From the human T2T-CHM13v2.0 reference genome, Homo sapiens, in assembly GCF_009914755.1 (NCBI RefSeq), contig NC_060938.1: a DNA stretch of 64,000 nucleotides; one strand, 5' to 3'. The translations under genes were made by a program, and so were the position numbers. The notes below the pieces were generated by a model. It saw only the letters and a list, made by a program, of their open reading frames with translations, made no database searches and had not been told where the DNA came from. Below, one piece after another: positions 59,304-64,000 of this stretch (position 1 is its first letter; the number at the start of each line of letters is the position of its first letter).

Positions 59304-60964
59304 AAAGAAAAATCCCTGTCTTCTAAAGGGGAAAAGTACATTTCAATAAATACAGATCTTCTTGTTTTTCATGCCACTGGCCCACAATTATTTTATGGGT
59401 CCACATTAAAGAACTTCCTCATTATTTAAATATATTCGAACGCTTGTTGGTATTGCCTCGCCACAGGATTAATTATCCAACATCCCTTATAAGACAGAGT
59501 GTCTTAATAATACAGCGTGCCTGGGAAGGAAAAAAAAAACCTCACCAGTTCTGTTTCCCCAAATCCCAAGATATGAGAGTCTATTTCTTGTGAAAGAGCT
59601 CCCCCTGACTTCTCCATCCCTCGGCTTCAAAAGGCACCAAATTCCACCACAGACAGGGACTCTCGTCTTTTTTTTTTTTAAACAGTCTTATTGACACACA
59701 TCACGGGTGCGCAGTGAAACCCCATGAGGCCCACTGTGAGTATTTGGGAATCCAGGATGCTGCAGGGGTCCGCAGCCGAGAGAAGAGCCTGCTGTCCTGG
59801 TGCAGGAGCACAGGCGCTGGTCAGTCTTGGGGAGCTCAGATTCCACCCAGAATGGGCAGGGGAAGGGGACTGGGCTGAAGCCCCATTCGGAGCTGTGTCA
59901 TTCCCACTCACAAAGCCCAGGGCCGTGCCAGGCCAAGTGCCAAGAAGCCAATATCTATGGCTGGAGCCAGGGGACATGAGCAGTGCCCCAGATCACAGGC
60001 ACAGGCACAGTTGGCCCTGTAGGGCAAGGCATCTGCTGACATCTGGAAGCCCTCCAACCACGACAGGCCTCCTCTGGGGGCCTGGGCATCTGTCCCTCAG
60101 AGAGGTGAGAAAATCTCTGCCTGGGCCCAGGGATGCCACTTTGCCCATGAGGCAGCGAGGCGGGGCATCTCTCTTCATACCACATGGCCCACCCATCTGG
60201 ACACCCTGCAAATGCCAGCTCCAGGGCTGGGTCACAGACCCCCATGGCCACATGTCCCTGGCATGGCGCAGGAGGCTGGCACAGCCACTACTGGAGCTAA
60301 CCCAGGATGGAATGAGAGCCGGCAAGTCCTGGACAAGAAGCTTCCAGAGGGCAGAGACTGCCCTGCGTGTGGCTCACCTCGGGGCCTGGAGCCCTCCCCC
60401 GAGGCCTGGCACAGAGCAGCCCCTGGTCAATATTTGCTGACTCAAACTGCATGGGAAGCAGCCCCCCAGTGGTCCACAGGCTGGCCAGGGGAAGTCCAGC
60501 CTCCGTATCCTTTATGCTCTCAGACCAGACTTTGCTGGCTTGGGGAAGTGGCACAGCCAGACGCAGCATGGGAGGAGAAGCCAGGGCACCAAGGCAGGTC
60601 GGACAGTGGACACACAGCACCCCCCACCAGGCCTCCAGCATTTTCCTAAGAGCAGGATCAAAGCTGCAGAGGATCCCAGTTCTCCGAGGGAAGTGGGCAG
60701 TAGCCCGTGCAAATCATTTCTACAGAGGAAAACGCAACCCTCGCCAGGGATTTCTCACCCTGGAAGCAAAACCAAGGCTCATTGTAAAGAATGCCTGAAA
60801 AGCAAATTGACCCTCACCAGCTGAAGAGTGGTCGGTAGTTAAAAAGTTGTCACACACAATTAACAGTCCAAATACTGTTTTAAGGGAGGGCAGGACACAA
60901 ATGGTGACGGGACAATGCTCCCCTCTCATCTAGAGCCTGATGAAGGCCTGCGGCAACATGAATC

Positions 60965-61070
60965 GCTGTCATGATCATCACCATCCCACAGGGGGCTTCC
61001 TTCCTGCTTAGAGATGAGAAACTCAAGGCTCAGAGAGGTGGAGTAACTTGTCCAAGGTCACACAGCCAGA
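60965..61070 (-). mobile_element. MIR fragment
   Basis: agatgagaaactcaaggctcagagaggtggagtaacttgtccaaggtcacacagc. Confidence 0.75.
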
Positions 61071-61461
61071 AGCCCCCACCTCCCATGACAAGGCTGCTCC
61101 CTAGGGAAACAGACCTGCCCCCAGTCCCTGTCCTGGCCCTGTGTTCACCCTGTTCTGCCCCCAGCAGCCACCCAGGCCGTCTCTCTGCACCCTGTCCCAG
61201 GTCCCTGGTGCTGCACCGCCCCTGGCACATCCCAGAAGTGTCTCCTTGCTCACACCCAGCACTGGCATCCCCTCTGCCTTGTGTGGCTGCCCCTCCACTG
61301 TGCCCACCTGGGAATGTCTTTGCCTCCTTCACTTCTGGGCTCACACTCCCTTGCAGAGCTCCTGGCCTCCCTTTGACCATCCCTCGGTGCCTCACACTGC
61401 TCCCGGGCTCTATGCCAGGGTGCCCCCAAGGAGCTGCACTCTTCCTCTCTATTTCTGGTGA

Positions 61462-61843
<382 letters not shown>

Positions 61844-64000
61844 CACTGGCCTCTTTATAAGCGCCAGGATCACTTGTTTCTGGTGAAAGCTCTGCATGCT
61901 GTAGGAGCCTCTAAGAGTTCTTTTCTCCTGCTTTTTCTTTTAATAGGCCTATCCCAGGAGGAGGACACTTGAGCCTCCCAGCTTGTCAGCTCACTGCCCT
62001 TCCATCAGAGAAGGTGCTGGGTAGCAATTTCATGATCAGCCAAAATGTGCCTTGAAGTAGAAGAGGACAGCCCAGCCCTGGGCCAGAAATGACAAACAAG
62101 ACAGCTTCCTCCTGAAGCCATGCGCAAGGCAACGCAAGGAGTGCCCTGAGGACTCATGGGGATGGGAGGGAGAGAGAGGGAGGCAGGGCCCACAGAGCCC
62201 TGGGGAGAGAGCAGAGGCCACCTGTCCTCGGCCACTAGAGCTCAAGTCTAACAGTCCTCCTGGCTACAGGGCAGTCCAACCTCCCCAGCCTCAGCCTCAT
62301 TCAGCCTAGCTCAGGCAGGGAATAGCGAGGCCGAGGCCACCTGGAGCCGGTAGAACAAGCCTGGGGTCTCATGCAGCGCTGCCCCTGCTGAGTGACCCAG
62401 AAGTGTCCCTTCTCCTCTCTGGGTTCTGGTCTCTGGTCAGGAAGGGAGTCAAACCAGGCAAATCTAATTCAAACCCCCGCCAAGAATCCAGGGCCTCACA
62501 GCCCAAGTGCTCTGGGGTCGGACAGCCGGTGAAAAGCTGTTTCCACTAAGAAATACACAGGGTCCCCTCATCCCGGCTCTCAGCTGTTCAATGTCCGCAC
62601 CCCACTGTGGCACGAAGCTGGGCCCTTCCACACCCTATCTCAACTCCCACTTCCTAGAAGACAAACTGAGGCTGTGGCTTTCCCCAACCACAGATCTGGA
62701 AGGCAAGGGCTGCTCCACTGCCCCACGTGTTCCCGTTCTCGTTCCCCATGGCCGCAGGGAGCAGAACAGGCCTAGTCAGCCACATGGCCTGGCACCAAAC
62801 AGAAGGTCTCCACAGGGCTCAGCTCTGCTCCTGTAAATCCCATCATCAAAGAGGGAAATAACCCGTGAAGCCCCAGGACAGAGAGAGACTTCTGAGATGA
62901 AAAGATCTCACTTGACCCCTGAGACCTTCTAGTGGCAGGATGCTGACATGCATGCCTGGGGCCAACAGAACACTGACACTGAATCCAGAACTTTAATTTC
63001 TTAAAGGCGAGTTCAAAGAGGTTAACGAAAGGAAAGGTGCACCACGTTCCATCAGTGTCAGTGAGGATGAAGAAAGGAGAAGTGGGTTCGGAATGGGTCC
63101 ACTGGCTGAGCAGCATTTCCTAAGCATCTACTATGTGCTAGGCACCATGGGGGTCCTGGGAAGGTCCCTACTCACAAGGAGTTCATTCATTCACTCATTC
63201 ATTCAGTGAGTCATTCTTTACTCTGTAATTGCACAAATGGGTCTGAAAACTGCGTCTCCTGGGCCAAGCTCTGTGCTGGACAAGAGAGGACGTGGTTATG
63301 AAGGGAGCCCCCCTACCCCCAACACTGAAGGCATCATTACAGGCCAGCACAGTGGGACCTTCAGCTCAGATAGGGATAGAGGGCTGGGGGCCGGGGGAGC
63401 GCACAGAAGGAAGCAGCCACCTCCCTCTCGTGGCCTAGTCAATCTTATCGCAACGCCCCAAGCGCCCCTGAACCCCCCGCTCTGAGCCAAGGAGTGCCAC
63501 AAGAAGGTCAGCAGTGCCCAGGATGCCATCAGCCCCCAGGTCCCCCAGGCCCTTGCAGATGGAAGGACTTCCTCCTCATGGTCTTCCAGCCACTGCCCCC
63601 ACCCTAGCCTTCCAGGCTCTACCCAGTGCCTGAAGCATGGGCATTCTCCCTGCTCAGTCAGAGCTCGGCCTCAGAGGGGAAAAGGCTGCCTTGTGGGTGA
63701 TGACTGGAGGTGGGCCCACAAAAGGGGTTCACTAATGAGCCACCTGTGAACCCATCTCTGGGCAGGTTGCTGCAGACAGGATCCATGCACAAGCTGCCTG
63801 GTGGGCCTCTGGGGAAGTCTGTGGACTCGTCTTTCCAGGGGGTCTGGAATGAAGGCCTCTCTCTCCCTGGGGTTAGTGCAGAGAGGCTAAGGCACCTGTA
63901 ACAACCTAGCAACTGCCCCCGATCCCGCACCCCACTGGCCTGTCCTGAGCACCCGAGCTCTTCCATCTGCAGTGGCCAAAGGCATTTTCACCACCCAACA

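Overview
Primate (almost certainly human, 14q32) genomic DNA containing the 3' end of BCL11B (CTIP2) on the minus strand. The window holds the distal ~28 kb of the last intron (35753-64000, continuing beyond the window) and the large terminal exon. That exon has 2045 coding nt (33708-35752, six C2H2 zinc fingers, inside a CpG island) and a ~4.9 kb repeat-free 3'UTR ending near a canonical poly(A) site (AATAAA at 28869-28874). About 28.8 kb of repeat-rich downstream DNA follows (Alus, an old ~4 kb L1, MER4/THE1/MLT1 solo LTRs, MER DNA transposons, MIR/L2). I see no other credible protein-coding gene and no new multi-gene system; nearly all other ORFs are Alu, low-complexity or GC-shadow ORFs. 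The leads most worth testing are: a 12/23-compliant, deletion-oriented pair of cryptic RAG signal sequences bracketing the whole zinc-finger exon; a candidate antisense-Alu exon that would give an NMD-escaping truncated protein; a proximal poly(A) site that would remove most miRNA sites; an RNA G-quadruplex in the UTR; twin hairpins just past the poly(A) site; a 106-bp perfect purine-pyrimidine (Z-DNA-prone) tract; and several candidate conserved enhancers. Repeat subfamily names come from pattern recall, and boundaries without a target-site duplication (TSD) are approximate.
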